Source of the DNA: Eledone cirrhosa
Taxonomy: Eukaryota
NCBI GenBank assembly: GCA_964016885.1
Contig: OZ024743.1
Coordinates: 306,466,001-306,530,000, forward strand
Direction: 5' to 3'
Length of the DNA stretch: 64,000 bases
This document shows, piece by piece, positions 43,321 through 55,579 of this stretch. A program made the position numbers and the translations under genes. The notes beneath the pieces were generated by a model. The model searched no databases and was not told the DNA's origin. It worked only from the letters and a program-made list of their open reading frames with translations. Within the stretch, counting starts at the first letter, position 1, and each line of letters starts with the position of its first letter.

Positions 43321-43432
43321 TATTTCTATTTGGTATCCCGATTATAGTCTGTTCCCTCGCCTTATTCTACAAGTCTTTCACCCCCCCCCCCCCCGCAATA
43401 CCTCCATCGCCACCACTGCTGATCAAGAAGTA

Positions 43433-43670
43433 CATCATCATCATCATCATCATCATCACCACCACCACCACTACCATCATCATCATCAGCAGCAGCACCA
43501 CCATCATCATCATCACCACTATCATCATCATCATCATCATCATCATCCTCATCATCATCATCATCATCATCATGACAATCATCATTAAAAGCATATACCT
43601 CGTCACCATCGACAACGCCAACGCAACCGCCCCTACCGCCACCACCATCACGACCATCATCACCATCATA
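43433..43670. repeat. (CAT)n/(CAC)n microsatellite
   Basis: Seen directly. Confidence 0.9.
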
Positions 43671-43684
43671 ATTATCGTTTCTAA

Positions 43685-43886
43685 TTATGACACAAAGTCA
43701 GCAATTTAAAGGAAGAGGAAGTCAATAAAATCGTCCTCAGTGCATTACTGGTATTTTATCTTATCGATCCCGTAAGGATGAAAGGCAAAGCTAACCTCGA
43801 CGGGATTTGATCTCAGAACGTAAAGGGACATAGAAATATATGCCGCGAAGCTTGTTGTTTGACGCTCTACCGATTCTGCCAATTTA
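43685..43886 (-). mobile_element. tRNA-derived SINE (same family as 44370-44530)
   Basis: Minus strand ttggcagaatcggtagagcg...gttctgagatcaaatcccgtcgaggttagctttgcctttcatccttacgggatcgataag...taccagt. Confidence 0.8.
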
Positions 43887-43934
43887 CGGTCAATAATGAC
43901 TACATGGACCGAGGTATTCTACGCCTTTTTTGAG

Positions 43935-44005
43935 ACGGTGGGGTGTGATTTTAAGGGGAATTTGACTACTATTTGTATCAGATTAAGTGATGTGTAGAGT
44001 CTCCC
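43935..44005 (+). repeat. Short dispersed repeat, with related copies at ~39975-40045 (-) and ~50250-50320 (+)
   Basis: Shared core ggggaatttgactactatttgtatcagatt / gggagattgctactatttctaaccgt / rc agatatttgactactaattctagcagatcg. Confidence 0.5.
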
Positions 44006-44369
44006 ATGATATAATACAATAGATTAAGTAGTGGGCCGTTTCAATTCACTATATCCCTCTTCCTTAAACGTATGGCTTTGTGCCAATGTATTTAATCGTT
44101 CCGTATCTAAATTCCATCGAAACCATCGTTCCTTTTCGACCTTTACGGATCGATAAAAAAGTACCAGTTAAGGCAGGCTTGATTGGCGTAATTAATTGCT
44201 TAATGAGTCGGTATCTAATCCGGCTCTTAGTTCAAATTATGTCCCTTTCTGGCTGGAATTGTGACCGACAGACAATATAAGCAACGCAAAGACCGATGGA
44301 AATATTGTTTCCTTGGTCCGACTTGACGTTCGTTTCCTTTTCCTGTATGTAACCATGAATTATGATACA

Positions 44370-44530
44370 GGCGGTGAATTGGCAGAGTCGTATGAACTTT
44401 AGATATAATGCTGTGTGGTATTGGTGTTGGCTCTCTGCTCTCTCAGTACAAATTCTGCCGAGGTCAACTTTGCCTTAAATCCGTTCGTGGTCGATAAAAA
44501 AAGTACCAGTCTAGTACTGGGATCGATTCT
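44370..44530 (+). mobile_element. tRNA-derived SINE
   Basis: ggcggtgaattggcagagtcgt...agtacaaattctgccgaggtcaactttgcctt...gtcgataaaaaaagtaccagt; a further decayed copy lies at ~44100-44175. Confidence 0.8.
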
Positions 44531-44974
44531 GCCTCTATATCTCTTTCTCACTTCCATTCTTTCACTCTCTCTCTATATATATATATATCCTTCTTCTCTA
44601 TCCTTCTCAGAAAGAAATCTGCTGTATTCAAACTTGGAGAGGATTGTGGCTACGCCAGGTTTAAAAATGCCCTAGAAACGCCGTATGCCAATATGGTGCT
44701 CCCACGACTCCTGAATGAGTTACAGGGCCATGCATACAGTTATATGAGAGAATACACATGGAATTCTTAAAGAAAGGTTCATGGCCTCAGCCGGATGGCT
44801 GAAACAGGTAAAAGAGTAAAAGAGTACTGAAAGTCATAGAATTATAAAAGCCATGTTATAAGCTATATAAACTCTTTGGATTCAAATAACGCTGAGTTTA
44901 ACTTTAGTCTTTATCACAACGGGTTCGATAAATAAAGCACAACCCCAGGACTGCAGATGGTGGTGGCGGAGTTA

Positions 44975-45007
44975 CTAGTAGTAGTAGTAGTAGTAGTAGC
45001 AGTAGTT

Positions 45008-45070
<63 letters not shown>
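44975..45070. repeat. (TAG)n microsatellite
   Basis: Seen directly. Confidence 0.95.
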
Positions 45071-45273
45071 ACAGCAGTCGTCCTCGTCGTCGTAATAGTA
45101 GTAGGAGTTGTTGTTGTTGTTGTGGTGGTGGTAGTAGTAGTGTTTGTGGTGATTGCGTTAGTGGAGTTGGATGTAGTGGTAGTGGTGCTGGTGATGGTTG
45201 TGTTGTTGGTGGTGGTGTTATTTTTGTTGTCGGTGGAAGTATTGATGTTGGTGGTCGTGTTAGTGGAGTTGAT

Positions 45274-45538
45274 AGTGGTGGGTTTGGTGGTTGTGTTAGT
45301 AGTGGTGGGTTTGGTGGTTGTGTTAGTAGTGGTGGGTTTGGTGGTTGTGTTAGTAGTGGTGGGTTTGGTGGTTGTGTTAGTAGTGGTGGGTTTGGTGGTT
45401 GTGTTAGTAGTGGTGGGTTTGGTGGTTGTGTTAGTAGTGGTGGGTTTGGTGGTTGTGTTAGTAGTGGTGGGTTTGGTGGTTGTGTTAGTAGTGGTGGGTT
45501 TGGTGGTTGTGTTAGTAGTGGTGGGTTTGGTGATTGTA
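45274..45538. repeat. 27-bp minisatellite AGTGGTGGGTTTGGTGGTTGTGTTAGT, ~10 copies
   Basis: Near-identical tandem units. Confidence 0.95.
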
Positions 45539-45659
45539 TAAGTGGTGGTGGTGGTGGGGGGGGGGGGGGGGGAGACAGGCTGGCGATAGTTGTTTCTTTC
45601 CGTCATTTACCATCCTATTGATGTTGACCACGTGGTGGTGTGTTCAACGATCCACGCCA

Positions 45660-46290
45660 TTGACTGGCTGGCTGGCTGACTGGCTGGTTGGTTGGTTGGA
45701 AGGTTGGATGGTTATATCTTTGGATGGCTGGTTATTTGGCTGGTTGGTTGTTTGGCTGACTGGCTGGTTGGTTGGATGGTTAGATGGTTGGTTGTTTGGC
45801 TGGTTGGTAGGCTGGCTAACCGGATGTTTGGTTGGCCGTCTTTATGACTGGGTGGCTGGAAGGCTGGACGACTGGATGAATGGATGGCTGGATGAATGGC
45901 TGGCTGATTAGTAGGTTGGTTGGTTGGCTGACTGGCTGGCTTGGTGGATAGATGACTGGATTGATGGCTGGTTAGTTGGTTGGCTGGCTGTCCGATTGGA
46001 TGGTTGGCTGTTTGGCTGGTTGGCTGTTTGTAGGGATGAATGACTGGTTGACTGGCTGAATGACTGGCTGGCTGGTTGGTTGGTTATTTAGCTGGTTGGA
46101 TGGTTGTATGGCTGGATTGCCTGATGGCTGGATGGTTAGTTGGCAAGTTGGTTGGCTGGATGGCTGGATGGCTGGATGGATGGCTGACTGGTTGGATGGC
46201 TGACTGGCTGGTTGGCTGGTTGGCTGGTGTGAAGATTGGTGGCTGGGTGGATAGCTGGGTGGATGGAAGGCTAACAGACTGGCTTGATGG
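45660..46290. repeat. Degenerate tetranucleotide array (TGGC/TGGT/TGGA)
   Basis: Seen directly. Confidence 0.9.
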
Positions 46291-47302
46291 CTCATAACCC
46301 GTCGGATGTCAGACGGATAGACGGACAGACAGGCAGACAGATACAGGGACAGAGAAACATACAGAGAGACAGACACACAGACATATTGACTAACAGACAG
46401 GAAAGCGAGCAAAACTGAAGCGATAAGAGCTGAATGCAGCTTGAAGAGCAGCACTGGATACGAGATTGTACGTTCCTCCCGAGTCTCGTTTTGGGGCGAG
46501 ATTACTATCACACACAAAACCTTACCATATTTACGATATTTCGTTCCGTTTTTTTTTTGTTTTTTTTTAGGGGGTAGTTTGGTGTGGTTGGCTGTGGTGG
46601 GGGTGGGGGTAGTTTGGTGTTTCTCATAATTTCCTTGTTTTATTTATTTACACAAAAAAACAACACAATAATTTCTTATATCTATGTATATATGTAAGTA
46701 TATGTATGTATGTATGTATCTATGTATACATCTGTATGTATGTATGCGTGTACGAATGTGTATATATGTGTGTGTGTGTGTGTATGTAAATATGTATGTG
46801 TGTATGTACGAATGTGTGTGTATATATATGTGTATGTACGTATGCATATATGTATGCGTGTATGTATATATGTATGCATGTATGCGTGTATGTATGTATG
46901 TGTGTGTGTATATAAATGCATGTATACATATTTAATAATAATAGTAATTATTAATAATGATAATAATAATTATAGTAATAATGATAATAGTAATAATAGT
47001 AATAATGAAGACGATGATGATCAGGAGGAGACGAAGGAGGTAGAGGAGGGGTGGATGAGGAGAAGAAGGATAATGGTGTTGTTATAATGATGATGATGAT
47101 GATGATGATGATGGTAGCAAATCAACAAAATAAAGCAAAACTAACAGAATCAGTTATGTCGGATAAGGCAATCTGCAAATCCAAAGTGAATCTTTATAAT
47201 CGGAATTATTGGTGGTTACGATGGTGACGGTGGCGGTGTTGGTGTTGGTGGTGGTGCTGGTGGTGGTGGTGGACGGTGATTGCCTGAATGTAAACATGTG
47301 TA

Positions 47303-47530
<228 letters not shown>

Positions 47531-48145
47531 CATGTATATATGTACGTACACACTCGTATATTCATATTCATACGTGTGTGTGTTGTGTGCTTCAGTGGTT
47601 TGAATATGGCGGAAGGAGATGGGCGATTTCTGCTGATTGATTCCATGGACCCTGAAGTATGTTGCGCTAAAGGATCTTATCTGCTCTTGGCCAAATATAA
47701 TTAGCGCCAGCCTTTTGGGGCCCAGATTTTTGCTAGCCAGAGCAGCCCTTGCTCGCCTCATCTCCGTAATCCTCCACCTGACTTGCCATTCCGCTCCGTT
47801 GGTCTCCCGGGGATGACCGCGAACTAGTGAGATGGAATTAAGTAGTGACCTGGTTAATGTGATTGAGGGATTGAGTGGGTTGCAAGTAAGGGGGAGTGGA
47901 GAGTGTGAGATAGTGGGAAGAATGCGAGGTAGTGGAGAGAAAGATAAAGGAGGAGGTAGTGGAAGTGATAGTGGAAAGAACGAATGGTAGCTAGGTAGAA
48001 TGTGAAGCAGAAAGAGATAGAAAGACAGAGTGAAGAGGGGTTGATTGAGAAGATAGATAGATAGAAAATAGTATGAGATTTGAAGAGTGACACAGAGAGA
48101 GAGGGGGATTTAAAGAGGTACAGCTAGAGATTCAGGGAGTAGATG

Positions 48146-48325
<180 letters not shown>

Positions 48326-48335
48326 TATATATATA

Positions 48336-48448
<113 letters not shown>

Positions 48449-48638
48449 TGATAAGGAATAACGATAGATATGAAGAGTTGTGCTATGAGGATGGAAAGAG
48501 TAAGAAAATAACAAAAAGATTAGGCTGGAAGAAAGGGTAAGAAGATAAAGAAAAGAGAGGCGTAAATGGATGATGAGATGAATGAGATGAAGAAAGAGAG
48601 GGGGAGATAATGTGAGAATGAAAGGAGGGAATATATAT

Positions 48639-48811
48639 ATAGGAACGAGTAGGACCCCGCCGACGGCTAATTCTGAGTCCAGAATTAGCCGTCGAAACGG
48701 CTTGAGCTCAGCCGTCGGGGTCCTACTCGTTCCTATTACCCACTCTACTACCCTAAGTATTGAGTACTTTGGTGCGTTATGGTCCACCTGGTCCTTACCA
48801 CATTTCCTTCG

Positions 48812-48813
<2 letters not shown>
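48639..48813 (+). mobile_element. (TA)n-flanked structured element containing the 3' half of a hammerhead (GAAA-stem III-GUC)
   Basis: GAAA(48694)-CGGCU...AGCCG-UC. The 5' arm ataggaacgagtaggacccc is complementary to ggggtcctactcgttcctat. Related copies at 49955-50000 and 57598-57723. Confidence 0.7.
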
Positions 48814-48868
<55 letters not shown>

Positions 48869-48871
<3 letters not shown>

Positions 48872-49146
48872 GATATTAACAAATGGAAACTATATTTATA
48901 AAACCATATTTATTTCATTATACATATTTCAAGGACACCAAGTTAAATTATGATGTGCTTTCATCAGACAAAATATAATATAGATCAGTTTTATAAATAA
49001 ATATTGAGATATAAATAAATATTGACCCTTACTATATTATATTTTATCTGATGAAAGCACGCCATAATTTAACTTGGTGTCCTTGGAATATGTATAATGA
49101 AATAGATATGGTTTTATAAATATAATTTCTATTTGTTAATATCGTA
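48869..49146. mobile_element. Foldback element with ~113-bp inverted arms, each carrying a degenerate hammerhead
   Basis: Arms 48869-48982 and 49033-49146 differ at ~7 sites. CTGATGA at 49048-49054 (+) and 48961-48967 (-); stem II aag(c)acatca/tggtgt(c)ctt precedes GAAA. Confidence 0.85.
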
Positions 49147-49231
49147 TGTTTACTCCAAATATTTGTTGAGTACTTTATATCAGTTATAAAAATATTTGCT
49201 TGTTGTATCCCAACAATTTAAACATAAATTT

Positions 49232-49287
<56 letters not shown>

Positions 49288-49383
49288 TTTACATATATAT
49301 ATACATATATATATACATATACGTGTTTTGCAACTGGTCACTTTGTGGCTCAATGAAAAATTAATAAATTAAATAATCAGAGC

Positions 49384-49623
49384 TATATATCATAAAACAT
49401 GTCTATAGAATCACAAGATAAAATATATACTATTTCCTCTCCCAATTACCATAATTAACTATATAAAAAATCGAATGGGCTAGTTTTGGTTATTTGTCGG
49501 AGATTTCTTCATAGAAGCCTCATTCTTATAGCCTGGTCTATTCGATTTTTTATATAGTTAATTATGCTAACTGGGAGAGGAAATAGTATATATTTTATCT
49601 TGTGATTCTATAGACAATTTTTA

Positions 49624-49630
<7 letters not shown>
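49384..49630. mobile_element. Foldback element with ~97-bp inverted arms and a ~49-nt spacer, ending in (TA)n
   Basis: 49384-49483 is the reverse complement of 49533-49630 with ~7 mismatches. Confidence 0.9.
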
Positions 49631-49683
<53 letters not shown>

Positions 49684-50030
49684 GGTGTTCGATGCTTAAA
49701 GCGTCCGTATGCGGTAGGCCGTATGAGCACTCGATGCCCTCGTAGAGCAGAGTATGATATCACAGAAAAAAGAGAATCAATGTTGCGACGAAAGGAATTT
49801 ATTGGACATATTACAATTGTTTCTCGGGCGACCAGCTCGAGGCACGATCGATATGGTGATCAAACCTGACTCTGAAATCGCGTGGTCCTCGGATACGTCT
49901 CGATTCTTCCAAGCAGAAAATCTGCTTGTGATATACATATATATATATATATATACTACCCCAAGTATCGAGTACTCTGGTGAGTAATGGTCTAACCAGT
50001 TTATTACTGTATCCATCTTTACATATATAT

Positions 50031-50063
<33 letters not shown>

Positions 50064-50629
50064 CGTCAGTGAGGAGAAAGACAGAAAAAGAATGGAAGTA
50101 AGAAAGAATGACATATTTTACATGTTGCCCAGGTATTAGTAAGAGCTTTTCTAAAGCTTTAAATTGAGCTTTTAAAAATACGTGGCACGCCTAAATACCA
50201 TCTGCAGTGCCCCGTTTGAAAACCCCTGAACCAGGACAATGTTCTTTTAAAATAGTAGGATGTGTGACGAGGGAGATTGCTACTATTTCTAACCGTACCA
50301 ATGACCTCATAGTGATTCCATTATTGGCCCGTGGCTGCCAAATTTACTTCATAAGCCTTATCAATCTGGGAGAGGCCTGCACACACACTAAATACTGACT
50401 GTCTTCCGATTAGAAATACCAACCGCGAAAACAGCACTGGAGCAAATAAGATTAATTGTTATTGAATGGACCTCCGTCGGGTTTGACGATAGGTCTTACA
50501 GTTGTCAAAGCAATGGTATAGACAATTTTTTGAATTGGCTGTGTAATCCACAGAAACGTTTACGTAATTCTCAGAGAGATTCAGCATGGCAGAGTGTTTA
50601 AAGTAGTTGTTAATTACAGGTACAATCCA

Positions 50630-50797
50630 TCCGACGGGCTTCCACACATTTCCCCTCTACCAAAATTTCCTCACAAAACGTGCATTGATCAGAAGTCATG
50701 AAAAAAACTACTTGCCGAAGATGTCGCGCAATAAGGTCTCGAACCCGAGACCCATGATTGCGAAACCGACTTCTTAACTACTTAACCATACTTGTGC
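50630..50797 (-). mobile_element. tRNA-derived SINE, third family
   Basis: Minus strand atggttaagtagttaagaag...gggttcgagacc (B-box-like)...cttcggcaagt...ggtagaggggaaatgtgtggaagcccgtcg. Confidence 0.65.
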
Positions 50798-50869
50798 ACT
50801 AACAGTATGTGATCAATACAATTATTCACTGAATTATTCATATTTCATGGTGGCACATTAGCAACAAGG

Positions 50870-51112
50870 TCTTCCTCTTTTTCTTCGCCCACTTATTCCT
50901 GGGGGGGTCCTGGGGGCAGTCTTCAAACCCTCTTTCTAGCGGGTCCTATCAGAAGCAACCATCTCCAACTGATCCGGGTGGATCTCCAAGGAAAACCAGC
51001 CAAGCTCATGGATATTGTCCAATCATCTTTCTTGGTGTCTGGCCCTGGGTCTTCTGACGGCTGGTTTTCCCGTAAAATCTCTCCAGCGATTCTTTCCTCA
51101 GACCTTCTAACC
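50870..51112 (-). mobile_element. RTE LINE C-terminal/3' fragment
   Basis: Minus strand ERIAGEIL...RRPRAR...DNIHELGWFSLEIHPDQLEMVASDR, matching the RTE RPRGRP..W.D...VA.DR..W pattern, with stops and a frameshift. Confidence 0.7.
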
Positions 51113-51114
51113 CT

Positions 51115-51240
51115 ATGCCGGGCGTCGGATAAAATACTTTGCGATATTTTTCAGAATCTCGTCGCCCTAAGTTCAAATACCTACCCTCAAGGTCAATTTT
51201 GCCTTTAATTCTTCCAGTACTAGTAATGTACAGGGGTCGA
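51115..51240 (+). mobile_element. Diverged SINE copy (family of 44370-44530)
   Basis: ctaagttcaaatacc...aaggtcaattttgccttt...caggggtcga. Confidence 0.55.
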
Positions 51241-51288
51241 GCGACTTTGCTATTAAAGAAATAGAATTCTAGTTAGAATTTATTATCA

Positions 51289-51450
51289 ATCTATATATAT
51301 AAAACTAGTTGTTGTGTGTGTGTGTCTGTGTGTGTGTGTCCTAATTTTTGCAAAGTCTATACAAATCCACATTTCTACTCCGATTGACTTCAAACTTGCA
51401 TTTATATATTCCTTGCGGTCTAAAGATATTAACTGCAGATTTTATTTTTC
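51289..51450 (+). mobile_element. Possible non-autonomous Helitron-like fragment
   Basis: Starts TCTATATATATAAAA, followed by a (GT)n/GTCT tract and ccgattgacttcaaactt, a layout common in invertebrate non-autonomous Helitrons. No 3' CTRR end identified. Confidence 0.4.
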
Positions 51451-51593
51451 AATTTTCTGTTGTTAAAGGGGTGTTAGGTGCCGGTTATCGATCTCCGTCG
51501 CGCCCTTATAATATATGTATGTATGCCTGGCTGTCTGCATAACGACATTATGACCAACACGTCATCGCTGACGTATTATCTTCGCCACATTCT

Positions 51594-51658
<65 letters not shown>

Positions 51659-51797
51659 GCATATATATATACATATATATATATACACATATATATACAC
51701 ATATATATATACACATATATATATATACACATATATATACACATATATACATATACACACACATATATGCACATATACATACATACACATATATACA

Positions 51798-52190
51798 CAA
51801 TTGGGTTTGCTTGTCCCAATTTAAGAAAAAATCAAGAAAATAAATACAAACCTGGCTGCTATCTTTAGTGGTGTGAGTTTGTGAGACACGCTAAGCTCAG
51901 ATACCATGTACGTTATTATATATACGCACACTATTCAGTTTTTTAATATACTTAGAAGTGTCCAACATACTAATTCTTCACCCACTGATGAGCAAGAATT
52001 GGTATTCTTCTTCACAATTAATTTTGCGAAACAGCATTACCAAAGCTGTCTGGGTGATTGATAGTTACCACAATTCCGGTTTGTATTTATTTTCTTGATT
52101 TATTCTTAAATTGAGACAGGCAAACCCTATTGTCTATAGTTAGTATTCTTTTCACCTTAGCGAATCTGGTCCCTTGCGATTTGAACATAT
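51798..52190 (+). mobile_element. Non-coding element with 55-bp inverted arms (51798-51852 / 52078-52132) enclosing an intact hammerhead
   Basis: Arms differ at ~4 positions; flanked by TA/CA microsatellite. Confidence 0.8.
51978..52057 (+). ncRNA. Type I hammerhead ribozyme, canonical core
   Basis: Stem I UCACCCA/UGGGUGA; CUGAUGA at 51985-51991; stem II GCAA(G)AAUUGGU/AUUAAUUUUGC; GAAA at 52028-52031; stem III CAGC/GCUG; GUC triplet at 52048-52050. Confidence 0.9.
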
Positions 52191-52277
52191 ATATGTATAT
52201 ATCTGTGTTCGTTCTTCTTTTATATTCAATTATAATATACGGCTCGGAAAAAATCTCTTTCCTAGAGCTAGTTTATT

Positions 52278-52317
52278 GTAAGAGACTATTTTGAGTTTCT
52301 AACTCAATATATACCTT

Positions 52318-52363
<46 letters not shown>

Positions 52364-52403
52364 AAGGTATATATTGAGTTAGAAACTCAAAATAGTCTCT
52401 TAC
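52278..52403. repeat. Perfect palindrome: 43-bp arms around (TA)20
   Basis: gtaagagac...cctttga (TA)20 tcaaagg...gtctcttac with no mismatch; abuts the PLE ORF. Confidence 0.95.
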
Positions 52404-53494
52404 GTTGTAGTTTGTACCGTGACGATGGTCTTTTGACCATGACTAAGTGCGGACCTCGTGCTTGCGACAGGTTCAGAAAAGAACTCACAGCCTTCTTTAA
52501 AGGCTTCCACCTCTCTATACAGGTTGAGGCCAATCTCTCGGTCACTAATTACCTCGACGTTACCCTCAATTTATTGAATGGGTTGTATTACCCGTATAGA
52601 AAGCCGAATGATACGCTTAATTACATTAGTAAGCATTCCAACCATCCTGCCAGCATAACCAAGAACCTGGTAAGAAACGTTTCGTTGAGGCTTTGCCGTC
52701 TTTCCACCAACGAGCGTATTTTCAACGACCATTCCACTTATTACAATGAAGCGCTTGCTCGAAGTGGATTTGTCGATAAAGTAGCATATAAAGAGTAAGA
52801 AAATAGACATAGAAGAAATAGATCCCGTCGCATTTGTTGGTATAACCCACCATATAATATGGAGGTGGCCACACCATTAGCTAAGATCCTTCTTTCCCTT
52901 ATTACGAAGCATTTTCCCCCTACACATAAATATAGTAAAATTTTTAATAGAAATTCTATTAAAATGTCTTACTCTACGACTCCTAACCTTGCACATAACA
53001 TCACAGCTTCAAATTTAGCTAAACTACCTAGCCGTAGGAACACGTGCAACCCTGTAGTTAGTACTAACTGTAATTGTAGGAATCGGGTTGATTGCCCCCT
53101 ATCCGGGAAATGCCTCTCTAGTAACATTGTCTACAAATGTAAGGTTGTAACAGCCACGTCCCGTAGTGCCTACATAGGGTTAACCGCCAATAGATTCAAG
53201 CAGCGTCTTTACATGCATACCCATTCTTTTCGTTACCCTCTAAGAAGGAATATGACGTCACTTTCAGCTTATATCTGGAGTCTAAAAGACAACCACACCC
53301 AATATAAGTTACACTGGGATATCCTAGCTAGGGCTAGATCGTATAACGGAAATAAAAGACCATGCGACCTCCTGGAAATACTCTACGCCACGGACCACAT
53401 CTTAAACAAAAAATCTGAGGCAATTTCGGCTTGTAAACATAAATTGCACAAAACTTTCCTGTATTACAGCCCCACGTTATACCCTAACGGATAG
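52404..53494 (+). pseudogene. 5'-truncated Penelope-like retroelement (RT C-terminal half plus GIY-YIG endonuclease), Naiad-like
   Basis: YRDDGL (52415), NYLDVTLNL, YRKPN, SNHP, one in-frame TAA (52796-52798), RSRRICWYNPPY, CNCRNRVDCPLSGKC, IVYK...AYIGLT...FKQR...H, LNKKSE. The two ORF-track pieces are in the same frame. Confidence 0.93.
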
Positions 53495-54082
53495 TACGAT
53501 CTATACGTGGATATTTTACGTCTTGATGTGGGAGCTAAGTATATGTTTTGTTTATACCATTACTTATTTGCATAGGTAAATATATATTACCCGTATGTTT
53601 TGTGAAGGTACGTATACCTTCTCGTACGTATATTTGATTGTTTATGTTATGGCGTATAATTTTATATATTCTGGTACATATGGTTTGGCTATGTGTATAC
53701 GGGAGTTTTGCGTCTGCGTGAGTATGCAGGTTCGTACGTAGGTAGGGTGTGTGTATATGTGTACTTCATGTTTTGGTTGACTTACGTCTCCGTACATTCG
53801 TGTATTTACATGTAGGTATGTGTGTGCGCTTGTTATATACGTATTTATTTATTTATATACGTTTATATAATTATTTATTTATTTGTATACACGCATACAC
53901 ACACACACATATTTATATGTGCGTGGTTTTGTATACCTATGGTAAGTGTTTTGCGTATGCTTGTGTATGTACGTATTTGTTTGCGTGTATGTATTTATTT
54001 ATTTATATTACTTCTGTATTGTATTTATTTACTTTGTTCTTAACTCTGTAGCGGAGATTCATTCGGTCTCCTAGTTAGAATT

Positions 54083-54355
54083 TTAGTCTACGACTTCTGC
54101 TATACCATTTACGTGGTTTTGTCTTTGCGTGCTATTGTTCTCCACGCTCCACATATGACGTATTATCTTCGTTTTTTCGTTCATTGCCAGAGAACATCTC
54201 TATGAACCACCTAAGAGAACATTAGTCTACGACCTCTTTTATACCATAAACATGGTTCTGTCTTTGCGCGTAATTGTTTTTCACCGCTCCTATTAATGAC
54301 GTATTATATTCGTTTTTTCCCGTTCTTTGCCAGCGAACGTTTCCACGAACCAAAG
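54083..54355 (+). repeat. Diverged ~140-bp tandem duplication downstream of the PLE ORF
   Basis: ttagtctacgac...tatacca...tgtctttgcg...atgacgtattat.ttcgtttttt...ttgccag.gaac occurs at ~54083 and ~54222. Confidence 0.85.
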
Positions 54356-54413
54356 TATCGTCTTCCTGTCTTCCTCCGGTTGCAACGTTTTTTGAAATAT
54401 CCACTTCTGCGTT

Positions 54414-54490
54414 TACAGATTGGCTTTGTTAGTTTCAGAAGATCCAGTTAAGGGTGAAAGCAGCGATTCTTTGCTTAAACTTTAATCTGT
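54414..54490 (+). ncRNA. Degenerate hammerhead-like fold before AATAAA-(TA)n
   Basis: AGUUU-CAGAAGA (one change from CUGAAGA)-UCC..GGG-U-GAAA-GCA...UGC-UU-AAACU; distal pairing acagauug/uaaucugu. Confidence 0.5.
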
Positions 54491-54497
54491 TATTTTA

Positions 54498-54602
<105 letters not shown>

Positions 54603-54699
54603 CAAACACATATATATATATACACATATACTTATATATAAATATACACATAAAAATCTATCTATCTATATATCTAGGGCGGGTAAAATTCCCGAAATC

Positions 54700-54895
54700 G
54701 ATAGAAGAGTTCTCTCCAGCAGTCTCTGTCCTTCATTATCGCTGCCATGTCCTGCGTCTTCAACAGACCAGTCAGTGTCTGTCCTTAGGGCATCAACATA
54801 TGTTAACTTTGGTCTTCCTCTTCCAGTGTGTCCATGCAGGGGCTCCCACAGGAGCACTGAGTACAGTGTCAACTCTGGATGTCAGTGAGCATGTC
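54700..54895 (-). mobile_element. RTE-type LINE C-terminal fragment
   Basis: [36 protein letters not shown] motif. Confidence 0.75.
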
Positions 54896-55009
54896 GAGTT
54901 CGTGAGTTTTTAACAGGCACTCATAAACGTTTCTCATTGGAGGTGCTATTACCAATGTTCTTATCCGTGCAACGCCGGGATACACTGCTAGTATATAATA
55001 AACATTCCA

Positions 55010-55345
55010 CAAATTAGACTAAACATTTGCAGTTTTTTTCACTAACATTTAATGAAAAGAATAAATTACAAACCCTTTTGCGATCATATTTCTAATGAAA
55101 GACACCACCTATGGTTTTCAAATGGTTTTGCAAGTGATCAAGAATTTGAAGTAATTTAGTAATGTATCTGACTTTCTCATTATTAAACTGATATTTGGAG
55201 CATAACTTAACAAGCGTTACTACATAAAATTATAGTGGAAAGTTTTAGATGAATATAAACATTTTAAAACAAATAATTCTGTATCATAGATAGAAACTGG
55301 GGTGGTTTCGGATCGTTTCAGATGGTTGGGTATCAAAGGGGTTAA
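55010..55345. mobile_element. Possible piggyBac-like MITE remnant
   Basis: Ends ...ggtatcaaagggg-TTAA, resembling a piggyBac terminus plus TTAA target; matching left end not found. Confidence 0.3.
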
Positions 55346-55579
55346 GGTGATATAGAATATAATTCATCATCAGCCTTGATAACAACCATCTTTGAGTGCC
55401 CTTGTTTTCCCTACTGGCCAAATAAAAAATTTCTGATCACAAATACTCCCGTGTAGAAAGTGACATATATGTCAGTAGTTTTGATCGTAACGACGCCGTC
55501 ACATGATGTGAATATTTTTCCCCTTTAGTATGTGTATTTATTTATTTCAAATAGTAGCACCTGTGTGCTGCTTATAGTG

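Noticed and set aside
45274-45538. Regular short repeats as a CRISPR array (also 59229-60310)
   Set aside because: Head-to-tail units with no unique spacers, no cas genes, and a eukaryotic context.
47590-47850. GC-richer island with a minus-strand open frame
   Set aside because: No recognisable motif or convincing splice donor; cannot be called an exon or a TE from the sequence alone.
48869-49146. ADAR hyper-editing imprint between foldback arms (all ~7 differences are transitions)
   Set aside because: Changes go in both directions, and the other foldbacks (37168, 49384, 51798) show many transversions; ordinary transition bias suffices.
52796-52798. Selenocysteine read-through in the PLE ORF
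   Set aside because: The stop is TAA, not TGA, and lies in a charged linker rather than at a Cys position.
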